Of a DNA stretch of 64,000 nucleotides, positions 47,344 through 61,400 are shown piece after piece. The translations under genes were made by a program, and so were the position numbers. The stretch's first letter is position 1; each line of letters opens with the position of its first letter. Source of the stretch: Azolla caroliniana (Eukaryota; Plantae; Polypodiophyta); assembly GCA_043228905.1 (NCBI GenBank), contig JBHGNT010000005.1:2418001-2482000 (forward strand), in the 5' to 3' direction. The notes beneath the pieces are model-generated. The model saw only the letters and a program-made list of their open reading frames with translations. It made no database searches and was not told the origin of the DNA.

Positions 47344-48532
47344 CAAGGTTGTTAGGTACAGTACAGATACCATACGTATTTAACGTATTAATACCCGTAT
47401 AGTACCTCCCAATTTAAAAATACGTTTTCTTAATATGTTAAATACTTATAAAATACGTTAAATACGTTTTACGTATAGTACGTTAAATACTTCTAGAATT
47501 TGAAAATTACTTACCTTTCAAAAAAATATCTATAATATTGTAAAAAACATCTATGTTTACACAATTTTGTGATGTACAATATAGTTCTACATCCTAAAAT
47601 GCATATAAGACATTTGAACATTTCACATCCTAAAATACTTGTAGTAATATGGATGTCGACATTCCCTTATTCTATAAATCAGTGTAAGTGTGTATCACGA
47701 TGTTCTACTTCAAATTGTAATTATTTACAATTATGCCTTCATAGATTGAGGAATTGTCTACGATTATCACGCTTATGATAGGTTTCTCTTTTCTTCATTT
47801 TCTTCTTCTTCTTCTTCTATCTTTTGCGATTATCACACTCAAGACAGGTTTATGTCTTCTTTTCTCTCTTCTTCTTCTTCTTCTTCTTCTTCTTCTTCAT
47901 CTTCTTCTTCTTCATCGTCATCTCTTCTATTCTTCTTCCTTCCTTCCTTTGGCTTCATTTTCACTAAAAAAAAAATTTCTTTTGCTTTTTGTTAGGGTTT
48001 TTCTTACATTTTCTTTATAAATACGTATTATACCTGTTTTTTTATAAATACGTTAAATACCGTATTGGACAAACGTACATGATGTTTGACTGAACAACAT
48101 TGAGGTATAATATGTACTGTACAAATGATGAGGTATTATACGTATTTAAACCATAGTTCCTAATATTCGCGTACGTCCAATTTACTGGACGTACGCGAAC
48201 GTTTGCAAACGTACGCGTATGATACGCGATATTCGTTTGGCTTCTTCTTTTTTTGACTTTTTTTTGGTTTTTTTTATTTTTGATATTCATAATATTTTGT
48301 GAATAGAAGTGACATCTGACACACATACACACACTCTCTCTCTCTCACACGAGAACTGACAGATTTTCTCTCTTTACAAAATCTAGATATCTAATATACA
48401 TATTACATACTCCCTCACACAGACAAAACCCATAGCTCCTCTCTCTCTCTCTCTCTCTCTAGAGTCTAGATATACACTCAATCACTGTCTCCTCACACAT
48501 GCAAAACAAGGCTTCTCTCTCTAGACCACACA

Positions 48533-48604
<72 letters not shown>

Positions 48605-48796
48605 TACACACTATGTACACCATATACACCATATGTATATATAATATATCTATGTACCACGTATGGATTTCAATCATACTTGGAACCTTTTCACGTATGA
48701 GTATGATACGAATATTGGCGTTTGAGTATGACACGAATGGGACGTATGGCTAGAACTATGATTTAAACGTTAAATACGGGTACGTAAACAACCATG
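47344..48796. mobile_element. hAT-type non-autonomous element
   Basis: TIR CAAGGTTGTT / AACAACCATG, perfect 8-bp TSD AGCTACAC, TACGT-rich subterminal motifs, internal (CTT)n, (CT)n and (CA)n. Confidence 0.88.
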
Positions 48797-48827
48797 AGCT
48801 ACACAATGAAACATGTCAAAAAGTATC

Positions 48828-49260
48828 CTTGTACAAGGTAGAGCAATGTGCGGAAATATTGTGTGTTGGAGAATAGAATTGAAGTAGTTCTCCTGAACAT
48901 TTCGAGTGGTAAATATTTTAAAAAATCCTTTGTTTGGAATATTGTTTCGATTAATGCTTTATGGGTGTGGTGGAAGTGTCGGTGCAACAGAAAATATGAA
49001 GGTATCAAGTATAATGTGGTGGATATGATTAAGATGTTCTAGGACAACTTGGTACACACAATTAAAGGGAGAGTATGATAATATCAAAGGAATAATGGAA
49101 AAGGTGCATAAGAAAAGAAGGAAAATTCGTAAAATATGGTGGCCAATACCTTTGTGGTTGGATGGGCCTCATGAAGATCTTTGGAATTATGTGCCACCAC
49201 GATGGTTGTTTCCTCCGCCTAGTCCTTTCTTATTTCAATCTTAAATTGGGATGTAATATG
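48828..49260 (+). mobile_element. LINE 3' fragment
   Basis: ALWVWWKCRC and WNYVPPRWLFPP. Confidence 0.65.
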
Positions 49261-49276
49261 CTTCCTTCACATTGTC

Positions 49277-50400
49277 ATTTTTTTTTTTTTTTCCAAAATG
49301 AAGCTACTTTCCCATTAGTTAGGAAGGATTATTACATAGAGAGTCTACAAGGAGACTTATACACACATCGGGGAGTCTTCCTCAGATCAAGTAAAAGAAG
49401 ATGAGCCTACTTACAATGCCTTGCGACCTAACTTAATGTAAGAAGCTACCTATATCTAAGGCGATGCCCTTCAATGTTGCCTAGTACGAGTCGGCTCTTG
49501 GGGCCGACAACGAAGAGAGGGTGGCAGGTGAGTAGGAAACAACCAACATGGGGGCTGGTAGTTCCACCTCGGGCCACTCCCGCCTTGCATCACCATAGGT
49601 GTGTTCCGCCATTTCTGCCAAAAGCGCAAACGGGCAGAGACCACGTCGTTGGAGTGGCTGCAAATCTCTTCCAGTTGCCCTCGTAGGCAGCTGATAATTG
49701 CGAACCATATGTCCATGATCATTTCCTCCAAGGGTCGTACCGTACCGTGGAAAACCTTGAGGCAACACGCTTTCCATATATACCATAAGGTGAAACCTGC
49801 AATCAACATCCAAATTTCTAGAAACCTAGGGGATGCGGGCTGCAAGCCTCTTTTGAAACGGATCTTGACGATTTTGCCTCTCATGCATACATAACACCAA
49901 CTATCCGCATTGTCCGACAGACAATGTCTCAGAGTCTCAATAGGTCGAGAGCACAGTGGGTAGCCTAACGGGCCGCCACATTTATCTAGTTATTCGCCAA
50001 CGGGCACCACATTATGACCGATCTGCCACCAAAAGAGCTTGATCTTTTCAGGCATGTGGAGACGCCAGAGACCCTTCCAAAAGGTAATGAGCGCCTCATC
50101 GGGGATGCCCAATGTTCGCCAGCCATTGCAAAGGGGGCTGCCTGGCTGCAGTTGTAAAGTCCGACCCAATTTAGTGGTGTAATCGAAGAAGTGATGGAGT
50201 CTATTGTCATGTTTCCATCTGAAATCCCCTGGGTCCCAATCCAGATCGACAAGGGGGCGACAGCTGTATACCCTTAATCTCCAATGGGGTTCCACCTTAG
50301 CAACATCCGGGTCTGTCTTCCAGATGTTGTTAACATGTGCCACCACTCGGGTTGGGTGCCAAGAGCCCCTGCTCTGACTGTCCCCAAAAACTGTATCTCT
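49277..50400 (-). mobile_element. 5'-truncated LINE with poly(A) tail
   Basis: T-run 49277-49292; FWKGLWRLHMPEKIKLFWW (zf-RVT-like), TLWYIWKA, WNYQPPCWLFP. Confidence 0.75.
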
Positions 50401-51375
50401 CCCGATCCGCTCACACCCTTTAGCGACTTGACCATTCCAACCTTATAGAACACGGCTTTCTTGTCATAAACTAGAAATACACTTCTTTAGTTGCTTATAA
50501 ACGTTAAGCTCGAAGGTCGTAGCATACAATTGCATGTAAACCCTCATGCTTTGCTTGAATGGAATCTACTATTATAATATCGATGCCACCAAAAAATTTG
50601 TTAGTTTTCTAAAAAGTCCACTAGACCAAACAAGACTATGAGCAAGATGAATTGAGGAACAAGATTGAATAGACTAGGAAAAAATAGAACAAGTACAATG
50701 TTTTTAGTTTCAACACCAAAGGTAAGATTCCCCTTCCCTTTATACATTCACAAAAGTGATGCATCACTATGCATGCTATCCAATATACAATTGTCAATTC
50801 TCTAGAATCTTCCACTAATCCTTATAATAACCAATAGTCAATAATAGCTTTCCACTAGCCCTTTTGATATAGCATATATTTGCTCATGTTTTAATCACTA
50901 TACACAATCTCCCCATCTCGTGTTAAATTTTAAGAAGAGCAGACTTACAGGTAACAAGAATGGAAATCCCAAACCATATCCTGTGCATTGTGGAGGTGGT
51001 CAGTTGGTTCTAAAGTGGTCTTAGACAATGGTACCACTTCCATGAGAACAGATGTCAAAGTTACCAACCTACCTTTTTTGAAATCGAGGATTTCATCAAC
51101 CACCTCATCTCCTTTACTTTCACCATGGGTGTTAATAGAGAGTAGATATCATGCAACATGGGCATATTCTGTAATACAATTCCAACAATGATGTGTGGAA
51201 CACATTGTGATTTTAAAAAGGTGTGGGAAAGGTGAGTTGTGAATTGGGAGTGAAACGAAGACTTATCAAAATCAAAAACTTGCTACTAGAATTACAAAGA
51301 CATGTTGCTTTCCTCATCATCTTCTTAAGATGGCAATTGTTCACACACTCCACTATTGCATGTACTAGTACTATG

Positions 51376-51782
51376 AAGAACAAAGAAGTGTACCTTGGTA
51401 TGAACAACATTATTTACAATATTCTATGTAGTGATCAAAATATACAAACTCAAGACCATTGTTACAGGAGGTAAAAAAATTGGCATTGCAACAAGCACTT
51501 CTCCATATTCTTGACGAAGGATCAATCATGTGCAATAGATGAACCAAGCAAACTTTTCTTCTTTATGTATTTCTTTTCCAAGAACAAAGAAGTGTACCTT
51601 GGTATGAACTACATTGTTTACAATATTCTACATTGACCAAAATATACAAAGTCAAGATCATCTACAAGAGACAAACATATTGCCATTGCAAAAGACACTT
51701 CTTCCATATTCTTAACGAAGGATATGTCATGTGTGTAATTGATGAAACAAGCAAACTTCTCTTCTTCATATAATTCTTTTTC
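51376..51782. repeat. ~203-bp tandem duplication
   Basis: AAGAACAAAGAAGTGTACCTTGGTATGAAC at ~51376 and ~51580 with colinear similarity. Confidence 0.8.
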
Positions 51783-54761
51783 ATAAAATTTCTCTTATCT
51801 AAATAGCTCTCTTAAAATGTACACAAGTTCCCATCTATAAGTCCAAACTATTTGCATATAAATTTATATCTAGCTTGTAGCACACACTTCTTTTCTTTTA
51901 ACTTACCTTTTGCACTCATACACACAAACAACTCACAAACACAGACTTAAAAATACAAGCACATAAACCAACATCCTCAAAAAAACCCTCACAAAGCAAT
52001 AGGATAAAAACTTGAGATTTGGCTCTATTAACTCAACACATGTTTGCACGTGTAGTTAAGAGGAAAATTGTATATGCCTCTACTCAAGCCATTCATGTGT
52101 GCCATGTATCGAAAACCTGCACCTAAAGCAACTCAACAAAATGTGTATGCTATTGTTGAACCGAAACAAGATGAATCTCATCTCCATGTAGTTTGTATGC
52201 TTCCTTCTATCTACAAGCATTTTGGAAACTTCGTTCATTTGAAATTTTTGCTCCATTCTTACTACAAGCATATTGAAGACTTTGTAGTTTGGAAGTTATG
52301 GATAATAATCTTCATATTGAACTTGATCGTTTCAAAAAACACATTGATAAAGGCATGTCCACCCTCACACACATCTTCTTCCCAATGTACTTTCAAGGTC
52401 CAAAAGCAAAATTTTCATCCATGAATGGCCAATTTTTTTTAAAAGTTATCTAACAAGGATCGAACAAAATTGGTTTGCCTATGCCTACTCTACAAGCACA
52501 TCAAAGCAAAGAATGCCATTCTCTCTCTCTCTCTCTCTCTCGAATGCACTATCATATGAAAAATAATTCAGAATGCTGCCTTACATCACTTTGGTTTGCT
52601 CAAATTTGCGAAGCATAGAAAATGAAGCCTTACATTAACCGATTAATGAAGAGGCAAGCACACACATCCTCACTTCATCCACTGGCTCGAACCTCCAACG
52701 ACATGTCAAGAAGTCATAATTATACAAATGGAAGAAGAAAAGTGTTAGTGTTCCTACTATTCGTTGTCACTCAATGCACATACATGAGTGATAACCAAGT
52801 ATGCCATGGTACCTAGAGACACTCTCTCACTCAACAACCACACATGACACGACGGAGCTCCATAGTGCAGGATTCTTTGGTGTGCACATACGCCTTTGAA
52901 GATAAACTAGGTAAGGAGACCCAACAAACTAGTCAAGCCTAAATGATTATCTTTACCAAGTTGGACTCCCAACAGGTAGAGAAATGTCTTCTTCCTGAAC
53001 ATTTCACAGGTATAATTAACACCTGATTGTTAGTGCCTCAAACAGCATATGTTTCCACTGCAAGAGGAACCCATCATGTTCCATCATGCAAGGTTGCAGG
53101 CTGCCAATCAAAGGCAAGTAAGTGGGATTCATCCTCACACACATAGATGGAGCTCCCCTCCAGGATGCCTCCCACAATATAATTCCCTCACACAAGCTCA
53201 GGAGACACAAAATTATGCAACAGAAAAATACATTTTATTATGCTTACCGTTACAAATGGCCGCATTGGGGTCATGCCCTAAAACACATGGTTCGTGCACT
53301 TGCACCTCTACCATGCCCTAATTACAGAAAGTCACATTCAGGTCCAGTGTCTCTCCTCTCCTGAATCCGCATTATTGACTCACCTTTTAGAGGGGTCTCC
53401 GAGATCTCGTGATGATGGAATGGCAAGGACTCCCCCTACCATTCATCACTTCTCACACCTTCACTTTAATGCAAGAACCATTCATTCACATGCAGTCAAT
53501 CTTCTATCCGATACTCTTTAAAACTGCATGTACTAACAAACAAGCACAAGCATTGATTCACCGCACATTGCTTATAATCTGGTGAAGTTTACTCCTACAG
53601 TAATCTACCAAAAATAGATTGATGTTGGAAATAGGGAAACCACTCTCCAATTTGGATGATCTAGCTTAGAGAGAACACTTGAAGATGTTGAACACAATGG
53701 TTTCACTACCAACCATATGCTGCTTGGTAGTTCTCGATTCTTGGTAATCTCTTTCTCGATAATCTCTTTCTCGAAGATCCGTTTGAACCTTTTTTCTTCT
53801 GAACCTTTTTTCTTGCATTCACTTTGAAGTTCATGTCCTAGTTAACGTAGAGAAACAAGTTGTTTGCCATTCGATGAGGGAGCGGGGAGCTTTTATTCAA
53901 TCTCCATATTGAGTGCTTCCAAAATGAAGTATCAAATGTTAACCAATTAGCATTGGTATGCCCAGATTATATTACATGTGACTTGTATTCATATTCTTAG
54001 CACCAAGTATTCAAAGATAGAGACTTCTCATCCAGCATGTGCCAATGAAATGGATGATGTTTGTTGCATGCTAAGCCACACATAGTTATAAACCAGCAAG
54101 TGATTGCATATGTCAAGTTTACAAAACTCTATTAACAATTGCATCTTTCCTCCAACATATCTTTTATCCTGTTTCTCATCTTTGCATTCTTTACAATGAT
54201 TGGAATGCCCTCAAAGCTCTTACCTGGATCTCCTCATGCATAAAATGCTTCCACGGTGTTAGAAGAGATCCTTTCTTGGATAATTTGGCTTGATCTTTGA
54301 CAGGGATAACTAAAACTCTTGCTGAAGCAATCCTAGCATTATATACCTCAATGGTGGGTTATAAAGCCTGTTGTATCTTTTTAGGGTATTTTGAGGTTGG
54401 TTTTCACTAGGTTGATTGGTGCTGACATTGCTTGTTATAGATATATTTGTTTAGGTTGAGACATTTCATGGTGACTGGCACTTATGATTGATTATAACCT
54501 AATAATGTGTGGTGGTGAAGAAAACAAATGGTATGGCATTTTCCTATTCATGCCATAATGTGGAGATCTAGAAACACATAAAAAACTGACTACTATGGAT
54601 ATATATATATATAGTTTGCCATATGAGAGCATTATCTATAAATGTTTGTTTCCTTGTTTCACTAAAACCCAACCTCAAAATGGGAATAGTAAGCAAAGAG
54701 TGTGTGTTTGTGTAAATCTTTAGCCACAAAAAAAGGTTTAAAGGGTGGAAAATGGCTTGTT

Positions 54762-55211
54762 TTAGCCATATCTAGGCTTCTTTTGAGTTATTGGAGGAAG
54801 GGAATTTGTGTCAACAATCTTGGCCTTCTGAGTTGCAACAATCTCTCTTCTTCCTTCTTCTTCTTCCTCTTCTTTTCTTTTTGCTTCTTCGCCTTCTCCT
54901 TCCATGGATTGGACAAACTCAGATGAGAGATTGGCATAGAGCTCTACAACACGCGCAATGTTGGCATTGAGCTCTCTTATGAGGCCCACATTCCTGGAGA
55001 GATTCTCTGGAATCTTTGATTCTTGGTTCTGGTTGATCTCCCTTATAAGAACCCTGTTCTGATCCAGAATTGTTTGCACTTGAGAGAAACTCTTTTGGAA
55101 TGTTTCCCACATGACTTTGCTTCCAATGGTTATAGTAGTAGTATTACTAGTGTTTTGGGCATTCCCTGGGGAGCTTATGTTAAAAGAGTATTGATATTCC
55201 CCTCCCTTCAT
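54762..55211 (-). CDS. ELF4-like: EARLY FLOWERING 4-like protein (DUF1313)
   Basis: FQKSFSQVQTILDQNRVLIREINQNQESKIPENLSRNVGLIRELNANIARVVELYANLS matches the ELF4 family core; single coding exon. Confidence 0.93.
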   Translation of the reverse strand: MKGGEYQYSFNISSPGNAQNTSNTTTITIGSKVMWETFQKSFSQVQTILDQNRVLIREINQNQESKIPENLSRNVGLIRELNANIARVVELYANLSSEFVQSMEGEGEEAKRKEEEEEEGRREIVATQKAKIVDTNSLPPITQKKPRYG

Positions 55212-55220
55212 TATAAAGAT

Positions 55221-55481
55221 CTGTTTTTGAAGAGGAATATAAAGGTTAGGGTTGGGCTTAAGATTTAGAATTAATAATTTAGGGTTTGGGTTTTAGGGCA
55301 ACAGTTGGGGAAAGGACTAGGGACAGGACTAGGGCTAGGGTTAGTTTCAGGGTTAGGGTTAGGGTTATTGTCTTGTTAAGGAAGCATATTTTAGCCCTTT
55401 TGTGAAGAAGCAATGGTGGGCAACTGTTTTTAAATTTCAAGACCTTTGGATAGAGACAGTGAAGTGAGATCAGAGACTTAC
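55221..55481 (-). other. Predicted 5'-UTR intron of the ELF4-like gene
   Basis: Donor GAG|GTAAGT at 55481; acceptor CAG| at 55221, 9 nt before the ATG; pyrimidine-rich leader exon upstream. Confidence 0.7.
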
Positions 55482-55639
55482 CTCTTGAGATTGGGGCACA
55501 AGTTTTTAGTATTCCAAGCTATGGTGGTGGTGTAAGAGTAATCTCTGAAAGAAGAAGAGAGGAAAAGAAAAAAAGAACAAGAAGAAGAAGAGCAGAGAGG
55601 CGTGACAGAGCTAAAATAAAAAGGAAGGGAAAGAGCGTT

Positions 55640-55870
55640 ATCGTTGACGTCGTAGGAGAGGGGGCCGTCAATTCTAACGGCGCTCCCCCACCCCCCCCGG
55701 ATCGTCACCACCGAGAGACAAAAAGATTGCGGGGAGGAGTGGCAGAGCGGATCTTCTGCTCGCACCTCATTGGACCACGTCAGCGCTCGCTGATCAGATT
55801 CTCGACCAATCAGAACGTCCCAATCGATTTCCTCCATGTGTCGCTGCCACGTCGCCTGCCACGTCAGCCC
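55640..55870 (-). promoter_or_regulatory. GC-rich proximal promoter with clustered ACGT-core and CCAAT motifs
   Basis: TGACGTC (55645), CCACGTCA (55776), GCCACGTC x2 (55846, 55858), ATTGG/CCAAT (55769, 55806). Confidence 0.55.
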
Positions 55871-58800
55871 CTTGCTCTCTTTCTTTCTTTTTTTAATAGC
55901 TCTTCCACTCAATGCTCTCTTCCGGCGCATTAAACCCTTAAAAATAAAAATACCAAACATTTATTTATTTAATTTAATTTAAAAACAAACGAGAGTAATT
56001 CGTTCAAATCACCTCCTCCGAATATACATATAAAGAAATTTTTAAAAAAACCAATGCCATCCTAACATTTGTAATGTAATAATAATAAAACGATATTCAA
56101 CCGGAATAAAATAATCTCACCCTCGATTTCATGGAATTAACAGTAATAGTTATTATTGTCGTTGCTTTTATTTATTATAGAAAAATTGTTATTTTTAATA
56201 TTGTATTAAGTAATAATATCTCAGTAGGGCTTTCCACCAAGACTCTCTCATCCACAAAAATTCATGGCATTTATACAATAAAAATCTCTCGGATACACAC
56301 CGACAACAACAACAACAGTTCGGGTCCATATTTTCCTTATGTTTCCGAAGCTCATCACATCATTAGCATGTTGTGCTAGGAAGTGAACAAAAGTCTATTT
56401 CTACATGGAGTTCCACATCTATATTTCTCTCGAGTACAAAATACAAAAAGAATGTGTTGGGGGTCTCTGTGTACCTACTACCTACCGATCTCACAATCTT
56501 CTTAAGATGTCTCTCTTCCCGTTCAAACAAAACGAGACAAACAAAAAGAAAGAAAGATGAGTGACCAATGGCCATTGAGGCTTTTCCCTCGTGACTTCCC
56601 AAAAAACCTTTTCGATAACTAAATGTGTGTTTGCTTGGTTTTCCGAGGAATAAAGTAATTTCTTCAAGTCTTTGAAAAGAGTAGCGTAATGGTGTCAATC
56701 CCATCGACACAACAACATGTTCCTTCATGGTTTGGTCTTGTCTTGACATAGATACATCGACATTTGTAATTTGTGTTTGAAAATACGAGTCCATCATGCC
56801 TAGGCAAAAACATAGCATCCAAATTATCTGAGGAGTACATAGCATCGTCTTATTTAAAAATCATCAATTTAATTAAGAAATGATTGTCAACTGATGAAAA
56901 CATGTAAATTTTTCCTTTACAAATGAAGGCAAAAGGTTTTTGGTGAGCCTCGTCATATATCTCACGTAACAAACTCTTTCACTATTTCTATATCCCACAA
57001 AAAGGATCTTGTTGGATCAAGCCAACAACATGATTTATTTTGCCTGCATGCCATTCTAAGATAATTGATTCCTCCCCTAATCCTAGTTTAATAATTCATG
57101 GCTTCCAAAGCCTTACAAGCATATAAGTGGTTCCTAATTGCATATTTAGTGATTCCCAAGGCTTGTGATCAATGATTTCTAAGGAACTTTACCAATGATA
57201 TGATTTGACACACCTATTGTCATTCCTAAAGTTATTGATTCTTCTCATAATCCTAATTGCATAATTAGTGGGTCCAAAGGCTTATAAGAGACCTACAAGT
57301 CGTCGTATATATAGAGGATTGGGTGACTATGTACACATGTGATAACCAAGTATTTATCATTTCATTATGTGGTTTGATACCACTTGTTGTTTTGCTATCT
57401 TTGGTGTGAATCATAATAAGAGCTTGAGAATATACGAGGGATAATGTTATTCCCTAGTGACTTCATTGAAAGGAAACTCAATACTAATGTTGTGTATGTT
57501 ATTAAATTGCATAGTGCGTAGTTAATATGATTCTACAATGGACTACATAGTTAAGAGACTTTGTTGAATGTCTCTTCACCTTCATATTCACTACAACAAA
57601 TGATATGGAAGAAGATAATTAATTCATCACATTCCAAACATTGGTGACAAAGGTATGTCACGAATGTCTTATTTAAAATTGTGAAACTTGAATTCAAGAA
57701 CAACTTAAGGCTAAGTAAAATACAAAGAACTGCTTATAAACTAACCAACATTATTGGTTACCATGGAGGGTCCAATAATAATATCATGGAGGCTCAATCT
57801 AATAGCTCTCAAGATAGTGTTCTTTCACCTCCATGTTCACCTGAATGTTCCAACCCTTCAATTGTTACCTCATACTCTTTGTCATCGAAGCCCAAATTTT
57901 AAAATTTCAATAGCAAGTGTGGTAATCCAATTATGCTTAGAGATTTATTCATCGATTATAAAAAATAACAAAAAAGCAAAGTGTTAGCACCTTAAGGGAA
58001 CCCTTGGTTGCATAAATACCTTTTTAATGTAGCTAACATTTGTTTGTAAATTATTTATGTATTTTGATTGTATTAGTTTTTGTAGAGACTTATTTGAATA
58101 GAGCACAATAACGACACCATTTGAGTGCAAACTTTTCGTAGAAATCTTTTTAATATTCATGAAGGTTTACAAATTTCCTTTTCATTATATAATAGGAGTT
58201 TTTGCCATATCATGAGCACATGTTTCTATAGAACTATGGTATCCAAATCGGTTGGTTATAAACTTATATGACTTTTGGGAAAGTGAGATATACTTGATAT
58301 TTCTTTAAGCTTTTTAATGTCATCTCATCAACTAGGGTGCATTGCCCAAAAGAATCGCAAATGTTTGGAGAAAAATGGAGGGTGTGCAAGTGTGCCAATA
58401 GTGTTGAAATGTGGTCCAATAGAGCTTCACATGCTTGCCCTATAGATTATTAAGAGTGATGAGAGAAAGAGATATCGATTGAAAGGTAGATTCCATTATG
58501 TGAACGATAGATAAGAAGAAAAGAGAAGGAACAAATACATAATAGGAATGCACGGAAGGCGTTGATATCTAGTCCATCAAACGACAAAGAGTCATAGGAC
58601 TCTAGGAGTGATTCCTAATGAAACAAATCAATCAATTGAAACCATACAAGACAAGAATAGAAGGTACAAATCATAGAATCATTACATTGAAATCAAAATA
58701 TACACAAATCCCAATCAAGCGGAAAACTTCTTATTAGATTAAAAGTTAGTAAACGACAATGTGTTGTGATAGGCAACAAGGTCTTCCTCATCAACAAACA

Positions 58801-59340
58801 TCTATATTTTGGAGTCTAGGGAGCCTTTGTAAGATTCTTGTTTTTCATTAAACAATAACAAGGGAAAAAAAGGAAAAATGATTCGCTATTTTCTATTGAG
58901 AGAAATAACTATACCAAAATATCTTATTGCTCTTGGACAAGCATAAAAATAAACTACATTGGACCCTTCGTTTAATGAAGGCCCTAGAGTTTAGACACCA
59001 TAAGTTGGGCCATATCTATAACTTAGATTCAAACATTCTTGTGCCAACAAAGATTTACCACTCGTGACCCTATAAATTATTAAAAATAATAATTTTTTTA
59101 TAAAAAGTCATCAGACATATTGGGCATTGTGTCACATAGTTGAGCATAACAATTATTGGTTTGTTGATCGTTGTCCATCTCTTTTTCTTATAACTTTGCA
59201 TTTGAAAGATTTCCATAAGAGATCATCATGTAAATGGAAAAATAAACACAATAAAACAAATCATCGCAAGCCTATACAAACGATTAGTAAGAGAGAGAAG
59301 AATATGTGTAGAAGTCATTACATTTGAGAGAGAGAGAACT

Positions 59341-59465
59341 CTACATTCCACAGTGGCATCTAGTGAATTAAGAGATATGTACAAAGTATATATATAGAGA
59401 GGTGAGTTTCGAACCCAAGATATAGTGGCTTGTAGTATGACAACTTACCATTAGGGTAGGCTAAT
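59341..59465 (-). mobile_element. tRNA-derived SINE-like repeat, copy 1
   Basis: Minus strand CCCTAATGGTAAG (A-box-like) and GGGTTCGAAAC (B-box); similar to 62014-62137. Confidence 0.55.
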
Positions 59466-59621
59466 TACAATCAAAAAGAGAAAGAGAGAGAACTCTAGAA
59501 TGTCACGTATCATCATATTCGCCATTTAGTCGTAGTAGCATTTAGCTCCCTAGAAGGGTTCTATACTTCGTAGTAAGTTAGTCATGGTGGTGTTTTTTTT
59601 CTTTCGTAATGAAAGCCATTA

Positions 59622-59625
<4 letters not shown>

Positions 59626-59674
<49 letters not shown>
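59626..59674. repeat. (GA)n microsatellite
   Basis: Directly visible. Confidence 0.95.
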
Positions 59675-59676
<2 letters not shown>

Positions 59677-60399
59677 CAAAAGCACTTTGATGGAGCATTT
59701 AATGTTTGAAAATGTATGTTCAAGATATAACATAAGGAACCATGGATACGTTGCAAAGGTAAAGACTTAGAAAACTTTGTGTAACTAAAGTTCTTCGGCT
59801 ACATCGTGTTTTAGCAACTCCGAATTTCTATGATATTAAGAGAAACGATTGCATATGTTCAACGATATGACAACAATTACTACTTTGTTCCTCTAGACAA
59901 ACCATCTTAAAGATATACACACACAAGGAAAGGAAAATATCTGCCACAAAGGACATTTTAGAAACTATAGTGCGTTGAAGTCAAATTGCATATCCTAAGA
60001 ACTCCCAATTGCTACTTTTTCCACTAATAAAAACAACTATAAAACATTGCAAACAAAGATTATGATGTTGGGACAAAGCTATTATACAATGCCCCTTGTA
60101 TAAGGGGCAATGTTCTTATAATATGCTGAGTATGCTTAACAACGTACTTTCATTTTAAGTTTTATTAATATGATTTGAATTAAATACAAGATTTAGTTTG
60201 TTAATCACACCATTTTGTAAGAATCATGAATTGACCGCCTAATAATTTTAATTTGAAGCTTTCTTAACTCAATGGGATGGTGGAAACTTGGATATGTAGA
60301 GGAATGTGAAATATTAATGTTTAAATTGTGGTTTACTAGGAAAGGGCAAGAATATTTATTTTAGCTAATTCTTTGTTAGGGGTATCATATACTACTTAA

Positions 60400-61400
60400 A
60401 GATGAGAATTAGAAGATGGACAAATTTGATCATTTCCCCCTAGTTATACAAAAGTTCTTTTTTATAGTTACTAATCCTACAAATTCCATATTTTGCACCA
60501 AGAAAAGGGGTAAAATAACTACACTAGCTAATGTGCATTTGAGTAAGCAACCTGAACTATGTGCCCAACAGGTGACTTCATACACCAACCTTGAAAAAAA
60601 GTTGTTAAACATTTCCATCATGTGACAAATATATAGAAATAGCTAAACAAAACTTGTATGTATTTACCAAAATAGGACATCACATATTTTACAGTCACTA
60701 TTGTCGTGTTTTGGTGTACACAAAAGAAAGCAGGCCTAAAAAATGAATGCAAACATGTACTTCATCCTTAATTCATTTATACCAAGAAAAGACAATGGAG
60801 TAGTCATTCACCTTAAGTTGATGTATTTATCACACACTTTTATATATGGCAAATCCAAATCGTAAGTAGATCCCCACATTAAATAAGGGGACCACTAGAT
60901 GACCACATCAAAATAAGAGGTACAACACGCTACCAATTCAACAACATGAAAAATGCTTAGGTTCATTGAGTAAGGACACATATTGAACGTGTAAATGTAA
61001 AACTAAGAGCAATTCATTGATTATACTGGATATGAAAACAAGTTGCATATTTGCAAGGCCCATCCTTTCAACTCTAATTTGTGATTGGCAACAAACTCTT
61101 GCAAATTGAAGTTAAAAATCAGCACACAATTAATAGCTCAATTGATGTATGAAATGATTTTTAAGAAGTTATTCATACATCAAAAGGAATCTCTACAGAG
61201 GAATAGTTTGTTATTACACCATACATAGATATCCAACAATTAATAGATAAATAGATAATTCTATTTTTTATAAACACCGCCTAATGTTTCAAGGTGTATA
61301 TACAAGGTGCATGGCTGAGCTTGTTATGTCAACAATAGTTGCATTTGACTTGATGGAATTCGATTCCATCATAACTTTGACTTGAACTCTTTTTATTTTT
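60400..61400 (-). pseudogene. Possible highly decayed hAT-like transposase
   Basis: VKCNYC (BED-finger-like, ~61335) and TCWAH..CLLK (CxxH-like, ~60560); many stops. Confidence 0.3.

Noticed and set aside
49265-50470. TTGTCAT as TSD of the minus-strand LINE
   Set aside because: Short match and the 5' boundary is not defined.
52500-54400. Possible decayed transposase or gene
   Set aside because: No convincing motif.
55478-55960. 160-aa ORF upstream of ELF4-like
   Set aside because: Overlaps promoter and leader, low complexity, ends at the splice donor.
58916-58924. Evening element AAAATATCT ~3.3 kb upstream of ELF4-like
   Set aside because: Single distal 9-mer in AT-rich DNA; likely chance.
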